From Actinomycetes bacterium (GTDB taxonomy: Bacteria > Actinomycetota > Thermoleophilia > RBG-16-64-13): a stretch of 64,000 nucleotides of DNA. The stretch spans positions 34,609 through 98,608 of the forward strand of contig JAGXFV010000006.1 in assembly GCA_024637095.1 (NCBI GenBank), read 5' to 3'. The translations under genes were made by a program, and so were the position numbers. Of the stretch, positions 30,678 to 41,812 are shown in pieces. Position 1 is the stretch's first letter, and each line of letters starts with the position of its first letter. The notes below the pieces were generated by a model. The model was not told the origin of the DNA, made no database searches, and was given only the letters and a program-made list of their open reading frames with translations.

Positions 30678-30700
30678 TTTTGCCTCGATAAAGCAGTCGC

Positions 30701-32404
30701 CTACTCGGCGCTGATGCTTATCTCTTCGAAGTTGGTGGTCGAACCGAGGGCGTTCGGGTGCCACCCCTGAACGTTGGGCTTGACCAGGTCGGGGTCGGTG
30801 TACCAGTAGATGGGAGCAACCGGCACCTCGTCGGCGATGAGTTGTTCCATCTCGCGGTAGGCGTCGTACCGGGCCTGATCATCCCCGGCCTCGAGCGCAC
30901 TCGAGAGGAGCTCGTTGTACTGGTCGTTGCTCCAACGGGTGTAGTTGTTGCCGCCGCCGCCACGCAGGACGTCGAGGAAGTTGTACGCGTCGTTGAAGTC
31001 GGCCACCCAACCCATGCGGTAGGCCTGCACCTCGGGATTGTTCTGCACGAAGTCCAGGTACTGCTTCCATTCCATGTTCTGCAGTTCAGCGTTGACGCCA
31101 ACCTGCTGCCACATGCTCTGAATGGCGGTGGCGATGGCCTGGTGGCCTTCGTCCGTGTTGTAGTAGATGGTGACATCGAGCGGCTCGCCGCCTTCACCGA
31201 AGCCGGCATCGGTCAGCAGTTGCTGAGCCATCTCCACGTCAGCGGTCGTCTGGACATCGGTCTCGATGCCGCTGAAGGTCTCGAAGCCGGGCATCCCCTC
31301 GGGCGTGAAGCTGGTAGCCGGGGTCTGACCCTGCTTGCTCACGTTCTCCACGATGGTGGTGCGGTCGATGGCGAGAGAAAGCGCCTTGCGCACGTTGACG
31401 TCGCTGAGGGCCTCGTTCTCGACATTGAAGCCGTAATAGTAGATCCCCAGAAGCGGGAACGTCTCGTACTCCGGCAGATCCTTGAGGCGGTCCACGTCGG
31501 CGACGGGGATGTCACGCTGCACATCTACTTCGCCGTTTTCAAAGGCGGCGACGCCGGTAGTGGCTTCCTGGATCATCGGCATCTCTACGGTCTCGAGAGA
31601 TACGTCGGCCGCGCCGTGCCAATCCGGGTTCTTCGCCAGACTGATGTCCTGCTCGTGGTTCCATTCCTCGAGCGTGAAGGCACCGTTGGTCACGATGTTC
31701 GCAGGCTCAGTCCACTGGTCGCCGAACTCCTCGACGGTAGCCATAGGGATGGGGAAGTAGGACTGATGGCTCATCAGCGGGACGAACCACGGGGCCGGGG
31801 CCTTGAGTGTGACTTCCAGAGTCGTCTCATCCGGAGCGACGATGGCTACGTCTTCGACAGCACCCTCGCCTGCGTTATATTCTTCGGCACCCTGGATGAA
31901 GAACAGCTGATATGCATAGTCAGCCGCGGTTTCCGGGTTGAGAATGCGAAGCCATGAGTCCACGAAGTCCTGGCTGGTAACCGGGTCACCATTGGTCCAG
32001 GTCGCATCGTCGCGCAGCATGAAAGTATAGGTGAGGCCGTCCTCGCTCTCCTCCCAGCTCTCAGCAACCCCGGGAACCGGGTCGCCATTGGCGTCCAGGC
32101 GAACCAGCCCTTCAAAGATGTTGTTGATGACCAGGGCTGAGGTGGTGTCCGTGGCCAGGTTGGGATCCAGGCTCGGGGGCTCGGAAGCGATCTGTACCGT
32201 GATCGTCTGATCCTCGGCCAGGTCGCCGGCGCCCGCTTCGCCTTCAGAGGTCTCGGTCGTATCCTCAGTGTCGGTCGCCTCGGTCCCGGTGGTGTCCGTC
32301 GTGTCTCCGTCGTCGCTGCCGCAACCGACAGCGAAAAGGCCGAAGGCCGCAATCAGGACCAGCACCAGGATGGCGCCCATCCACGGCTTAAGCCATTTTT
32401 CCAA
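30701..32404 (-). CDS. ABC transporter substrate-binding lipoprotein, family 5 (peptide/nickel)
   Basis: 567 aa, lipoprotein signal MEKWLKPWMGAILVLVLIAAFGLFAVGCGSDD, SBP_bac_5-type body. Confidence 0.8.
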   Translation of the reverse strand: MEKWLKPWMGAILVLVLIAAFGLFAVGCGSDDGDTTDTTGTEATDTEDTTETSEGEAGAGDLAEDQTITVQIASEPPSLDPNLATDTTSALVINNIFEGLVRLDANGDPVPGVAESWEESEDGLTYTFMLRDDATWTNGDPVTSQDFVDSWLRILNPETAADYAYQLFFIQGAEEYNAGEGAVEDVAIVAPDETTLEVTLKAPAPWFVPLMSHQSYFPIPMATVEEFGDQWTEPANIVTNGAFTLEEWNHEQDISLAKNPDWHGAADVSLETVEMPMIQEATTGVAAFENGEVDVQRDIPVADVDRLKDLPEYETFPLLGIYYYGFNVENEALSDVNVRKALSLAIDRTTIVENVSKQGQTPATSFTPEGMPGFETFSGIETDVQTTADVEMAQQLLTDAGFGEGGEPLDVTIYYNTDEGHQAIATAIQSMWQQVGVNAELQNMEWKQYLDFVQNNPEVQAYRMGWVADFNDAYNFLDVLRGGGGNNYTRWSNDQYNELLSSALEAGDDQARYDAYREMEQLIADEVPVAPIYWYTDPDLVKPNVQGWHPNALGSTTNFEEISISAE

Positions 32405-32493
32405 TTTCTTCTCTCCTTCTTCGATTTGCGAACATACTTACCAACCTCCGGACTGCCGCCTGAGACGGAGCCAAAAGGGTACTTCTACGAACT

Positions 32494-32523
32494 GCTTAGT
32501 GCCGCCGCGCTTAGTGCCGCCGC
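32494..32523. repeat. Perfect 15-bp tandem duplication (gcttagtgccgccgc x2) directly abutting secG stop
   Basis: Seen directly in sequence 32494-32508 and 32509-32523. secG stop at 32525-32527. Confidence 0.9.
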
Positions 32524-32524
32524 G

Positions 32525-32755
32525 CTATACGACGAAACCCAAGACGATCGTCACCACGAAGAACGCAATTGCGAAGGCGACGGTCAGTCTGTCCAGGTTC
32601 TTCTGCACCACCCCGGTGCCGCCGAAAGTGCCGCCCGAGCCACCAAATGCGGTCGAAAGGCCGGCGTCTTTGCCGGAGTGCAGGAAGATCAGCACCAACA
32701 GTCCAATGCCGAGCGCGGTATCCAGAATGGTCAATAAGACAAGTGCGATGGTCAA
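32525..32755 (-). CDS. secG: Preprotein translocase subunit SecG
   Basis: 76 aa. TTG start with AGGAGAAGGA RBS. MTIALVLLTILDTALGIGLLVLIFLHSGKDAGLSTAFGGSG is the canonical SecG. Confidence 0.9.
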   Translation of the reverse strand: MTIALVLLTILDTALGIGLLVLIFLHSGKDAGLSTAFGGSGGTFGGTGVVQKNLDRLTVAFAIAFFVVTIVLGFVV

Positions 32756-32992
32756 CTTCGTCCTTCTCCTGAATATCTATTGAACAACCGCTAAAGGCTA
32801 CCACGGCTTACCAAGCAAAGCATGCCAACTCAACAGAGGCATACCGCCCCGACTCGTATGGTACGACGACATAGGCCGGCGGATGGTTAGTGAACGCGCG
32901 GTAATCCCCGGGGAGCCGATTGCTCCGGCCTTCCGACAGAATGCGAACGGGCGCCTCGACAACGCGCCTACAGGCCTTCCGGGCCGTATCGC

Positions 32993-33664
32993 CTATAGGC
33001 CTTCCGGGCGGTAGTGATACTCCTCGTAGAAGGACATCGGCGACTCGAAGAATAGAAGCTTCTCATCCGCCGTACCTGCCCTTATCTTGATCCCGGAGCC
33101 TCCCACCTTTCTCTGGAGGTAGGGCACGTAAGCGGGGTCCAGATTACGGGCAAGCAGCACCTGGGGAATCGCGATAGCCATGTGGTTGGTCGCCGGCTCC
33201 GATTGCCAGGGCGGATCCGAAGCCAGGCCGGTTATCACGAGGATCGATGCGGCCGCCAAAGACACTGCGGCGCGCCGCCAAACCGGCCAGGTGAGGGAGC
33301 GCATCAGCCAACGGAAGGCCAGCGCCGCTGAGAGGGAGGCGCCCGTCCTCCTGACGGCCGGGGACGGCGATAGCGTCGGGATAGCGGTCGTGCTGTGCGC
33401 CGTGGGCAGGGCGCCGGTCGCTGCGACCATCTGCTCCACCAGGAAGGCGGGAGGATCAGGCTCCTCGGCTCGTATGGCCTCGAAGCGAAGTTCGGCCTGT
33501 TCCAGTTCCACCAACTCGGCGAAGTCCCGGCAATCGGGACAACATCTCAGATGGCGCTCGACCGTGGCCCGCGCCATGTCGTCCACCTCGCCGTCAGAGC
33601 AGGCGGAGATGAGCGGGCGCACCGCCTCACAAACCAGGAAGCTCTCTGTCCACCGTCCGTTCAT
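32993..33664 (-). CDS. Anti-sigma factor, zf-HC2 type (RsrA/ChrR-like) with C-terminal transmembrane/extracytoplasmic region
   Basis: ATG 33664 (MNGRWTESFLVCEAVRPLISACSDGEVDDM). HLRCCPDC zinc motif. Overlaps the 3' end of the ECF sigma gene. Confidence 0.7.
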   Translation of the reverse strand: MNGRWTESFLVCEAVRPLISACSDGEVDDMARATVERHLRCCPDCRDFAELVELEQAELRFEAIRAEEPDPPAFLVEQMVAATGALPTAHSTTAIPTLSPSPAVRRTGASLSAALAFRWLMRSLTWPVWRRAAVSLAAASILVITGLASDPPWQSEPATNHMAIAIPQVLLARNLDPAYVPYLQRKVGGSGIKIRAGTADEKLLFFESPMSFYEEYHYRPEGL

Positions 33665-34274
33665 TGCCTCTCTCACGGGACCGCTCCGCGGCGACGAGGG
33701 CTCTTTCCTCGAGCTTGTCCGTCGACGTCGATCCCACCTGTCCGCCCAATTCCCGGAATCGCCGCTGCACACGCTCGCGGGCTTCGTAAATACGCCATTT
33801 GACCGTCGACAACGTAGTGTCGAGGATCTCCGCTATCTCTTGATAGCGAAAGCCCATAAGGTCTCGTAGCAGCAGGGCGGCCCGCAAATCCTCGTTGAGG
33901 GCGCGAATGCTCGCCCAGAGCAACTCCGAGTCCTCCAGCGCCAGAGTCCCGTCATACTCCATCGGCGGAAGCTCAGCCTCCGCTTCGTCCCGGCGCCGCC
34001 GGTCCAACTCCCGCTTGCGCAGGAAGTCGATACCCGCGTTCTTCGCGATCTGGAAGACCCAGGTGCTAAAGCGTGAGCGTCCGTCGAAACCGCCCAAACT
34101 CCGGGCGACTCGGATGAAAACCTCCTGCGAGAGATCCTCCGCGTCTTCCCGGCTGCCCACGAAGCGGTGCAGATACTGCAACACCGGTCCGTAAAACTCG
34201 ACCACAAGCTCTTCTAGTGCCGCCTCGCTACCGTCAGCTGCGCGCCGAAGCTGTTCCGGCGTTGGCTGCTCCAA
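33627..34274 (-). CDS. ECF-type RNA polymerase sigma-70 family factor
   Basis: TTG start at 34274 preceded by AGGAGG (7-nt spacer). Region 2 LVVEFYGPVLQYLHRFVGSREDAEDLSQEVFIRV and region 4 DLMGFRYQEIAEILDTTLSTVKWRIYEARERV. Confidence 0.8.
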   Translation of the reverse strand: MEQPTPEQLRRAADGSEAALEELVVEFYGPVLQYLHRFVGSREDAEDLSQEVFIRVARSLGGFDGRSRFSTWVFQIAKNAGIDFLRKRELDRRRRDEAEAELPPMEYDGTLALEDSELLWASIRALNEDLRAALLLRDLMGFRYQEIAEILDTTLSTVKWRIYEARERVQRRFRELGGQVGSTSTDKLEERALVAAERSRERGNERTVDRELPGL

Positions 34275-34397
34275 ACTGGGCCTCCTGCCTACTCTGACGT
34301 TTGCACCCGCCGCTTGGTTAGCGGCGTTGGCGCGTCCGAAATCCGACTTATCATGCCACATCCCCGCCACCGCCGACAGCGGTGGCGGCCCGTTGCG

Positions 34398-35942
34398 CTA
34401 CTCCTTCGACCGCTGGGGACAGAGCGGGGTTCCCGTCATCTCTGCGGGTACGGGCAGGCCCAAGAGGCAGAGGACGGTCGGGGCGATGTCCGCCAGACCA
34501 CCGCCGTCTTCCAGCTTAGCCCCATGGTCGACGTAGATCAGCGGGACCGGGTTCGTAGTGTGAGCCGTATTGCGGCTCTGATCGGGCTCCCGCAGATACT
34601 CGGCGTTGCCATGATCGGCCGTAACGAAGATGTGAGCGCCGTCTTCGAGAAGCGGCTCGAGCACGATCTCCAGACAGTGGTCCACGTGCTCGACGGCTGC
34701 GATGGTCGCCTCCAGGTTGCCGCTGTGCCCGACCATGTCCGCGTTCGCGAAGTTCAGCACCGTAAAGTCCGGGCGCTTGTGCCGATAGATGTCGGCAAAG
34801 GCATCGGCCAGCTCGTGGCAGCTCATCTCCGGCTTCTGGTCGTAGGTGGCCACTTCCTGCGGCGAAGGAATCAGTTTGCGCGTCTCACCAGGGTAGGGGT
34901 CCTCCCGTCCTCCGTTGAAGAAGAAGGTGACGTGCGCGTACTTCTCGGTCTCGGCGATGTGCAACTGAGTAAGTCCGTGCTCGCTCAAGACCTCGGCCAG
35001 AACCTGTTTCGGCTCGACGTCAGGGAAGGCCACAGGCACGGCGAAGTCCGCCTCATACTGGGTGAAGCTCACCAGATGGACGGTCGGTGGATTCGGTCCC
35101 CGATCGAACTCAGCGAATTCCCTGTCGATGAGAGCCCTGGTGAGTTGCCTCGCCCGGTCGGGTCTGAAGTTGTAGAAGACGACGCTGTCCCCATCGGAAA
35201 GCGCAGCGTCCGTGCCCAGGATGACCGTCGGCAGGATGAACTCGTCGGTTATGGCTTCTTCGTAGGAGGCCTCGATCGCAGCGAGCGCATCGTCCACCTT
35301 GAGCCCTTCCCGATAGACCAGGGCGTCCCAGGCAATCTTGGTCCTCTCCCAGCGGCGGTCGCGATCCATGGCGTAGTAACGGCCGATGACATCGGCGATC
35401 CTTCCCACCCCATGCTCCTCGAGCTTGGCCTCGAGGTCCTTCAACAGGTCGCGGCCGTGCCACGGTGAGGTGTCCCGCCCGTCCATGAAGGGGTGCAGAT
35501 AGAGCTCCTCGACCCCCATGCGGACGGCGAGTTCGACCAGAGCCTCGACGTGGAGGATATCTCCGTGAACCCCGCCGTCGGAGAGCAGGCCCATGAGGTG
35601 CACCGCCCCACCGCTCTGCCGAGCCTTCTCGAAAGCCTCGCGTAGGACCGGGTTATCGAAGAAGGAGCCGTCCGCGATCATCTTGTTTATACGGGTGAGG
35701 TCCTGATAGACCACACGGCCGGTCCCCAGGGTGAGGTGGCCCACCTCGGAATTGCCCATCACCCCGTCGGGCAGACCGACCGCCTCGCCGCCGGCGTTGA
35801 GCAAAACCCAGGGGTATTCGGCGAACAGCCGGTCCATGGTGGGCGTGTCCGCCTGGCTGATTGCATTCGCGGGGCCCGGTTCGGCGTAACCCCAACCGTC
35901 CAGCACGATCAGCGCGACCGGGCGGCGCTCCGCGGGAGTCAC
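34398..35942 (-). CDS. gpmI: 2,3-bisphosphoglycerate-independent phosphoglycerate mutase
   Basis: GTG start 35942 (VTPAERRPVALIVLDGWGYAEP). VGHLTLGTGR, HLMGLLSDGGVH, ADHGNAE blocks. The N-terminal 123 codons of the track ORF are rejected. Confidence 0.9.
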   Translation of the reverse strand: MTPAERRPVALIVLDGWGYAEPGPANAISQADTPTMDRLFAEYPWVLLNAGGEAVGLPDGVMGNSEVGHLTLGTGRVVYQDLTRINKMIADGSFFDNPVLREAFEKARQSGGAVHLMGLLSDGGVHGDILHVEALVELAVRMGVEELYLHPFMDGRDTSPWHGRDLLKDLEAKLEEHGVGRIADVIGRYYAMDRDRRWERTKIAWDALVYREGLKVDDALAAIEASYEEAITDEFILPTVILGTDAALSDGDSVVFYNFRPDRARQLTRALIDREFAEFDRGPNPPTVHLVSFTQYEADFAVPVAFPDVEPKQVLAEVLSEHGLTQLHIAETEKYAHVTFFFNGGREDPYPGETRKLIPSPQEVATYDQKPEMSCHELADAFADIYRHKRPDFTVLNFANADMVGHSGNLEATIAAVEHVDHCLEIVLEPLLEDGAHIFVTADHGNAEYLREPDQSRNTAHTTNPVPLIYVDHGAKLEDGGGLADIAPTVLCLLGLPVPAEMTGTPLCPQRSKE

Positions 35943-35994
35943 GGCGTCCGTCCCGCCGAATCGCGTTTCGTCGTGCGGCCCACCCGCCTCGAAC

Positions 35995-36765
35995 TCATTG
36001 ACTCCGGCCTTCGTACCGGACAAGTGACTTGAACGAGTCGACGGCCAGGCTGGCGCCGCCCACGAGACCACCATCAATGTCGGGCTGGGCCATGATGTCC
36101 ACAACGTTGTCCGGTTTGACACTTCCGCCGTAGAGGATGCGGGTACGCTCGGCGGAGCCTGTGTCCGCCACACCGGCCAACCGGCTGCGGATGAAGGCGA
36201 TCGCGTCCTGGGCAATTTGTGGCGTCGCCGTGCGCCCGGTGCCGATGGCCCATACCGGCTCGTAGGCGACAACCATCTGGGCCACCTCCTCGGGCGCCAT
36301 ACCCTGAGTCCCACCGAGCACCTGCCGCTCGAGCACCTCCTCGGTGCGGCCCGCCTCGCGATCAGCTTCGATCTCGCCCACGCACATGATGGGGATGAGC
36401 CCGACGCCGATTGCCGCCCGGACCTTGCGCGCGACCTCCTCGTCGGTCTCCCCGAATATCTGCCGTCGCTCCGAATGACCGATGATCACGTACTTGACGC
36501 AAAGGTCGGCCAGCATGGAGGGCGACACCTCGCCGGTGTAAGCGCCCGATTCCTCCCAGAACATGTCCTGGGCCGCCACCCGCACTACACCCTCGCCGGC
36601 CGCCTCGACGGCCGCCTGAAGTCCGGTGAAGGCGGGAGCGACCACCACTTCGATCCCTCCGGAGTCGCCCAACTCGGCGGTCAGTTGCTCGACGAAGGCG
36701 GCGCCTTCGCGCGCCGTCTTGTGCATCTTCCAGTTGCCGGCCATTATCGGAAGCCGGTCGGCCAT
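35995..36765 (-). CDS. tpiA: Triosephosphate isomerase
   Basis: ATG 36765 with GGGGAGGA RBS. MAGNWKMHKT, GHSERR, AYEPVWAIGTG. Confidence 0.95.
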   Translation of the reverse strand: MADRLPIMAGNWKMHKTAREGAAFVEQLTAELGDSGGIEVVVAPAFTGLQAAVEAAGEGVVRVAAQDMFWEESGAYTGEVSPSMLADLCVKYVIIGHSERRQIFGETDEEVARKVRAAIGVGLIPIMCVGEIEADREAGRTEEVLERQVLGGTQGMAPEEVAQMVVAYEPVWAIGTGRTATPQIAQDAIAFIRSRLAGVADTGSAERTRILYGGSVKPDNVVDIMAQPDIDGGLVGGASLAVDSFKSLVRYEGRSQ

Positions 36766-36778
36766 CGGTCCTCCCCTG

Positions 36779-37966
36779 CTAGCGGTCTTCCAGCGCGGCA
36801 ACCCCGGGGAGTTCCGCGCCCTCGATCAATTCGAGCGCGGCTCCGCCTCCGGTCGAGACGTGACCCATGCGCTGCGCCAGGCCAAGTTGTTGAACCGCAG
36901 CCACGGAATCGCCCCCACCCACGACGGTGAGCGCGCGGCTCGCGGCCATGGCCCTGGCTATCCCGCGGGTTCCTTCGGCAAAGCGGTCCATCTCGAAAAC
37001 GCCCATGGGCCCGTTCCAAAAGACCTGAGCGGCGTCCAGGATGCGCCGTTCGTACTCGTCGGCGGTCTCCGGGCCGATGTCCAGCCCCATCCAACCTTGG
37101 GGAATATCGCCGACGCCAACCACCCTCGCCTCGGCATCTTCGGCGAAGCGGTCGGCCACCACCAAGTCACGGGGCAAAACCAGCTCGCAGTCAGAGTTGG
37201 CGGCCTTTTCCAGGGCCCGGCGGGCGGTTTCGATACCCGCTTCGTCCTCGACCCGCGAGGCACCCACATCCAGGCCCTGGGCCTTGAAGAAGGTGAAACA
37301 CATCGCTCCGCCGATGAGAATCTGGTCGGCCAGGTCCAGGAAACGCTCGATCACGCCGATCTTGTCGGTCACCTTGGCGCCCCCGAGCACCGCCACGAAG
37401 GGATGCTGCGGTGAATCTACCAGTCCCTGAAGCGCCTCGAGTTCCGACTGCATCAAGAAGCCGGAGACGGCGGGCAGGCAGGACGCCACCCCCGCTGTGG
37501 TGGCGTGCGCCCGGTGAGCCGCGCCGAAAGCGTCGTTCACGTATAGGTCGGCCAGCCGACAGAGCTCCCGCGCCAACTCGGGATCGTTCTTGGTCTCGCG
37601 CGGATCGAAGCGCGAGTTCTCGAGGAGCAGCACCTCGCCCGTCTGAAGGGAATCTGCGGCCTCGGAGACCTCCGGCCCGGTCAGGCGGTCAACCTTGCGC
37701 ACCGGCGCATCGATCAGCTGGGAAAGCCGGGCCGCGACCGAGTTAAGCCGGAGTTCCTCTTTGGGTTCCCCCTTCGGGCGCCCGAGATGAGAGGTGAGGA
37801 TCAGCCTTGCGCCGTGCTCCCTCAAGTATTCGATGGTGGGAAGCGCTCCCCGGATGCGGGTGTCGTCCGCTACTTCACCAGCGTCCGTGAGGGGCACGTT
37901 GAAGTCGACTCGGACGAGGACGCGGCGCCCGGCCACGTCCACGTCACGGATGGTCTTCTTCGCCAT
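36779..37966 (-). CDS. pgk: Phosphoglycerate kinase
   Basis: 395 aa. [24 protein letters not shown] blocks. Confidence 0.95.
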   Translation of the reverse strand: MAKKTIRDVDVAGRRVLVRVDFNVPLTDAGEVADDTRIRGALPTIEYLREHGARLILTSHLGRPKGEPKEELRLNSVAARLSQLIDAPVRKVDRLTGPEVSEAADSLQTGEVLLLENSRFDPRETKNDPELARELCRLADLYVNDAFGAAHRAHATTAGVASCLPAVSGFLMQSELEALQGLVDSPQHPFVAVLGGAKVTDKIGVIERFLDLADQILIGGAMCFTFFKAQGLDVGASRVEDEAGIETARRALEKAANSDCELVLPRDLVVADRFAEDAEARVVGVGDIPQGWMGLDIGPETADEYERRILDAAQVFWNGPMGVFEMDRFAEGTRGIARAMAASRALTVVGGGDSVAAVQQLGLAQRMGHVSTGGGAALELIEGAELPGVAALEDR

Positions 37967-37976
37967 CGGGTCCTCC

Positions 37977-39002
<1,026 letters not shown>

Positions 39003-39986
39003 CTAGAACAGGCCGAGTTTAACAGCCGTCTCCGACGTCTCCGACCAACCCGCCTCCCGAGCCTGATTGAGCAGGCGCCTGAGCCGGTGATTCACCGCGG
39101 ATCGCGACAACCCCGCATCGCTCTCCTCCGCCAGTTCGGAAAGCGTCGACCACGGATTCTCAAGTCGGAGTTCCGCCACCTCCTGGAGGGCCGCCGGAAG
39201 ACCTCCCAGAAGCTCCGCGCTTTCCAGAAACTCGATTGCCGAAAGCTGTTCCAGCGCGGCGGCGCTCGTACGGCCCAGGTTGGCCTGGTCGCAGTTCGCG
39301 GCGCGGTTGGCCTGAGCTCTGACCTCTTTGAACACGGCGTGTTCGGCCACTTCGAGCGCGGCTTCTTGGGCCCCGGCGAAGGCGAGAAGCTCGGAAACCT
39401 GCTCCCGACCCTTCAGGTAGACCACGTGAACTCCGCGCCGCAGATATACCCCCGGTCGAAAATCCAAACCGGTGAGGAGCCCCGCCAGATCCTCGGCAAA
39501 GGCCAGGTGTGGAGTCACGACTTCCAGGTGAGCGCCCCGCTGCGGCGGATTGACCGAGCCCGCGCCGATGATGGCCCCGCGCACCAGAGCGGCCTTGCAG
39601 CAACGCCGCTGAATCAGCCTCCCCGGCACACCCGGGTCAAGGCGGAAGTTGTCGCTGAGCACCCCAACCTCATTGAGCGCCTGAATCACCGGGGGCGAGC
39701 CCTCCAAGCGAAGCACGTACACCAGTCGACGGCGAAAGCGGTGCTCCCGGGTGGTGAGCAGGGTGCCGTCCGCTCCGAGGGCTTTGAAATAGGAGTAGAC
39801 CAGGCTCGCCGCCGCCTGCACCGGAGTGGAGAGCTCGAGACCGTAGCGCTGGCCCTCTTCGCCTCCGCGTATACGGAAGGTTCCGGCCGACTTCACCAGC
39901 CCCGCCACCTCGGCCGTCCGGCAGCATTTACGAGTCTCCCGTCGATGGGCCAATTCGTCACGCACCTGCCGTGAGAACGAAGCCAT
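39003..39986 (-). CDS. whiA: DNA-binding sporulation/cell-division regulator WhiA
   Basis: 327 aa. MASFSRQVRDEL, LAGLID-derived N-domain, C-terminal HTH (SRSAVNHRLRRL). Confidence 0.9.
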   Translation of the reverse strand: MASFSRQVRDELAHRRETRKCCRTAEVAGLVKSAGTFRIRGGEEGQRYGLELSTPVQAAASLVYSYFKALGADGTLLTTREHRFRRRLVYVLRLEGSPPVIQALNEVGVLSDNFRLDPGVPGRLIQRRCCKAALVRGAIIGAGSVNPPQRGAHLEVVTPHLAFAEDLAGLLTGLDFRPGVYLRRGVHVVYLKGREQVSELLAFAGAQEAALEVAEHAVFKEVRAQANRAANCDQANLGRTSAAALEQLSAIEFLESAELLGGLPAALQEVAELRLENPWSTLSELAEESDAGLSRSAVNHRLRRLLNQAREAGWSETSETAVKLGLF

Positions 39987-39991
39987 CGAGA

Positions 39992-40924
39992 CTACCCGGC
40001 CAGTGTCAAGAGTGTCCGCGCCAGGTCACAGGAATCATGCCTGACAAAGCGATTGACATCGGCGAGTGGGGCGGACACGACGCGCACTCCTAGATCTTCC
40101 GACTTGTGGCTCCAAGTGACGGGCTCAGCGCCCTGCCTCTCATAGAGGGCCAGGAGTTCTCCGGGGATGGGACGGTCGTTCACAAGCATGACGTCGATCA
40201 CTCCCTCGCCTAGGTGGCTGAGAATTCCGCGCAGATGGTCTTCTGCGTCGTAGCCCTGGGTCTCGCCCGGCTGAGTCATGACGTTGTTCACGAACACAAC
40301 CTGAGCGCGCGTCTCCCGGAGGGCTTCGGCCATGCCCCCCACAAGCAGGTTAGGGACGACACTCGTGTATAGGCTCCCGGGACCCAGCACGACGAGCTCG
40401 GCCTGCCGGATTCGATCCAGAGCGAGCGGAAGTGCCGGAGCCTCCGTCGGCTCCAGCCAAACCTGTTGGATCGGAGACTGCGCCTTGGCAATCACGGACT
40501 GGCCGAAGATATGGGAACCGTCGCGCAGCCGGGCCCCCAGCCGCACATCGGTCGTGGTGCTGGGGAGCACGCTGCCCCGGATGGCCAGCACCCGGCTCGA
40601 CTCAAAGACGGCCTGCTCAAAATTACCGGTCACCTCAGAAAGCGCCGCCAAGAACAGGTTGCCGAAGCTGTGGCCGGCAAGAGAACCGTTCTCGAAGCGG
40701 TAGTCAAAAAGCCGGCGCATCAGGGACTCATCGTCCGCGAGAGCGACCAGGCAGTTGCGCACGTCGCCGGGAGGCAGCACGCCTAACTCTCGGCGCAGCC
40801 GCCCGGAGGAACCTCCGTCATCCGCCATCGTCACGATGCCGGTGAGCGAATCCGTGAACGGCTTTACGCCACGGAGCAGGGTGGCGAGGCCTGTGCCTCC
40901 GCCCATGGCCACAACCCGCGTCAT
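39992..40924 (-). CDS. yvcK: Gluconeogenesis factor YvcK (UPF0052/CofD-like)
   Basis: 310 aa. VAMGGGTGL, MADDGGSSGRLR. Confidence 0.9.
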   Translation of the reverse strand: MTRVVAMGGGTGLATLLRGVKPFTDSLTGIVTMADDGGSSGRLRRELGVLPPGDVRNCLVALADDESLMRRLFDYRFENGSLAGHSFGNLFLAALSEVTGNFEQAVFESSRVLAIRGSVLPSTTTDVRLGARLRDGSHIFGQSVIAKAQSPIQQVWLEPTEAPALPLALDRIRQAELVVLGPGSLYTSVVPNLLVGGMAEALRETRAQVVFVNNVMTQPGETQGYDAEDHLRGILSHLGEGVIDVMLVNDRPIPGELLALYERQGAEPVTWSHKSEDLGVRVVSAPLADVNRFVRHDSCDLARTLLTLAG

Positions 40925-40927
40925 GAA

Positions 40928-41812
40928 CTAGCCCTTCCTTTCCACGTCCCGGTGGCGGACCGCCGTGACCACCACCGGCACCCGTTCCAGCGCGCTCGCA
41001 AGGGTCTGAGCCAGGGCCACGGAGCGGTGCCGTCCACCCGTGCAACCAACGCCAACCAGGAGCTGCCGCTTCTGCTCGACCAGATAAGAAGGCGCCAGGT
41101 ACGTCAGCAGGTCAACCACGCGCTCGACAAAGCCCTGAGTCTGCTCCATCGCCAGCACGTAGTCGCGCACAGATTCCTCCAGGCCGGTCAAGGGCCGTAG
41201 CTCGGGCACCCAGTGGGGGTTGGGAAGAAAGCGGGCGTCGAAGACCATGTCGACTTCGCGGGGCACGCCATACTTGTAGCCAAAAGACATGAAGGTCATC
41301 AGAATCTGGTCCTGCAACTCTCCCGCGAGCACGGTCTCCTGTATGTGCCGGCGCAGGTCGTGCACGTTGAGCGAGGTCGTGTCTATAACGACATCGGCCC
41401 GCTCCTTGAGTTCCGCCAGGATCTCCCGCTCCCGCTGAATCCCCTCGACCAGGTTGTCCGAACCGGTCAGGGGATGGGTCCGGCGGGTGGAGTGAAAGCG
41501 CGCCACCAGCGCCTCGTCCGAGGCCTCGAGGAAGACCACCCGGCAGAGGACATTCAGCCGGTCGAGTTCCGCCAGAGCGTCATCCAGATAGGAAAGGCTG
41601 TCGCCGGCCCGAGCGTCCAGAACGAGGGCGGCCCGATCGACCTTGCTACCGTCCAGGGAGAAGAGCTTCGCCACCTGAGTGAGCATTTGCGGGGGCAGAT
41701 TGTCGATGCAGAAATAACCCATGTCCTCGAAGGTGGCTACCGCCAGCGACTTGCCCGCCCCGGACAGGCCGCTGATGATGGTCATCCTGAGGTCAGTACT
41801 CTCCTCGGTCAA
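40928..41812 (-). CDS. rapZ: RNase adapter protein RapZ (YvcJ, P-loop ATPase)
   Basis: 294 aa. ISGLSGAGKS, FCIDNLP, GCTGGRHRSVA. Confidence 0.9.
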   Translation of the reverse strand: MTEESTDLRMTIISGLSGAGKSLAVATFEDMGYFCIDNLPPQMLTQVAKLFSLDGSKVDRAALVLDARAGDSLSYLDDALAELDRLNVLCRVVFLEASDEALVARFHSTRRTHPLTGSDNLVEGIQREREILAELKERADVVIDTTSLNVHDLRRHIQETVLAGELQDQILMTFMSFGYKYGVPREVDMVFDARFLPNPHWVPELRPLTGLEESVRDYVLAMEQTQGFVERVVDLLTYLAPSYLVEQKRQLLVGVGCTGGRHRSVALAQTLASALERVPVVVTAVRHRDVERKG

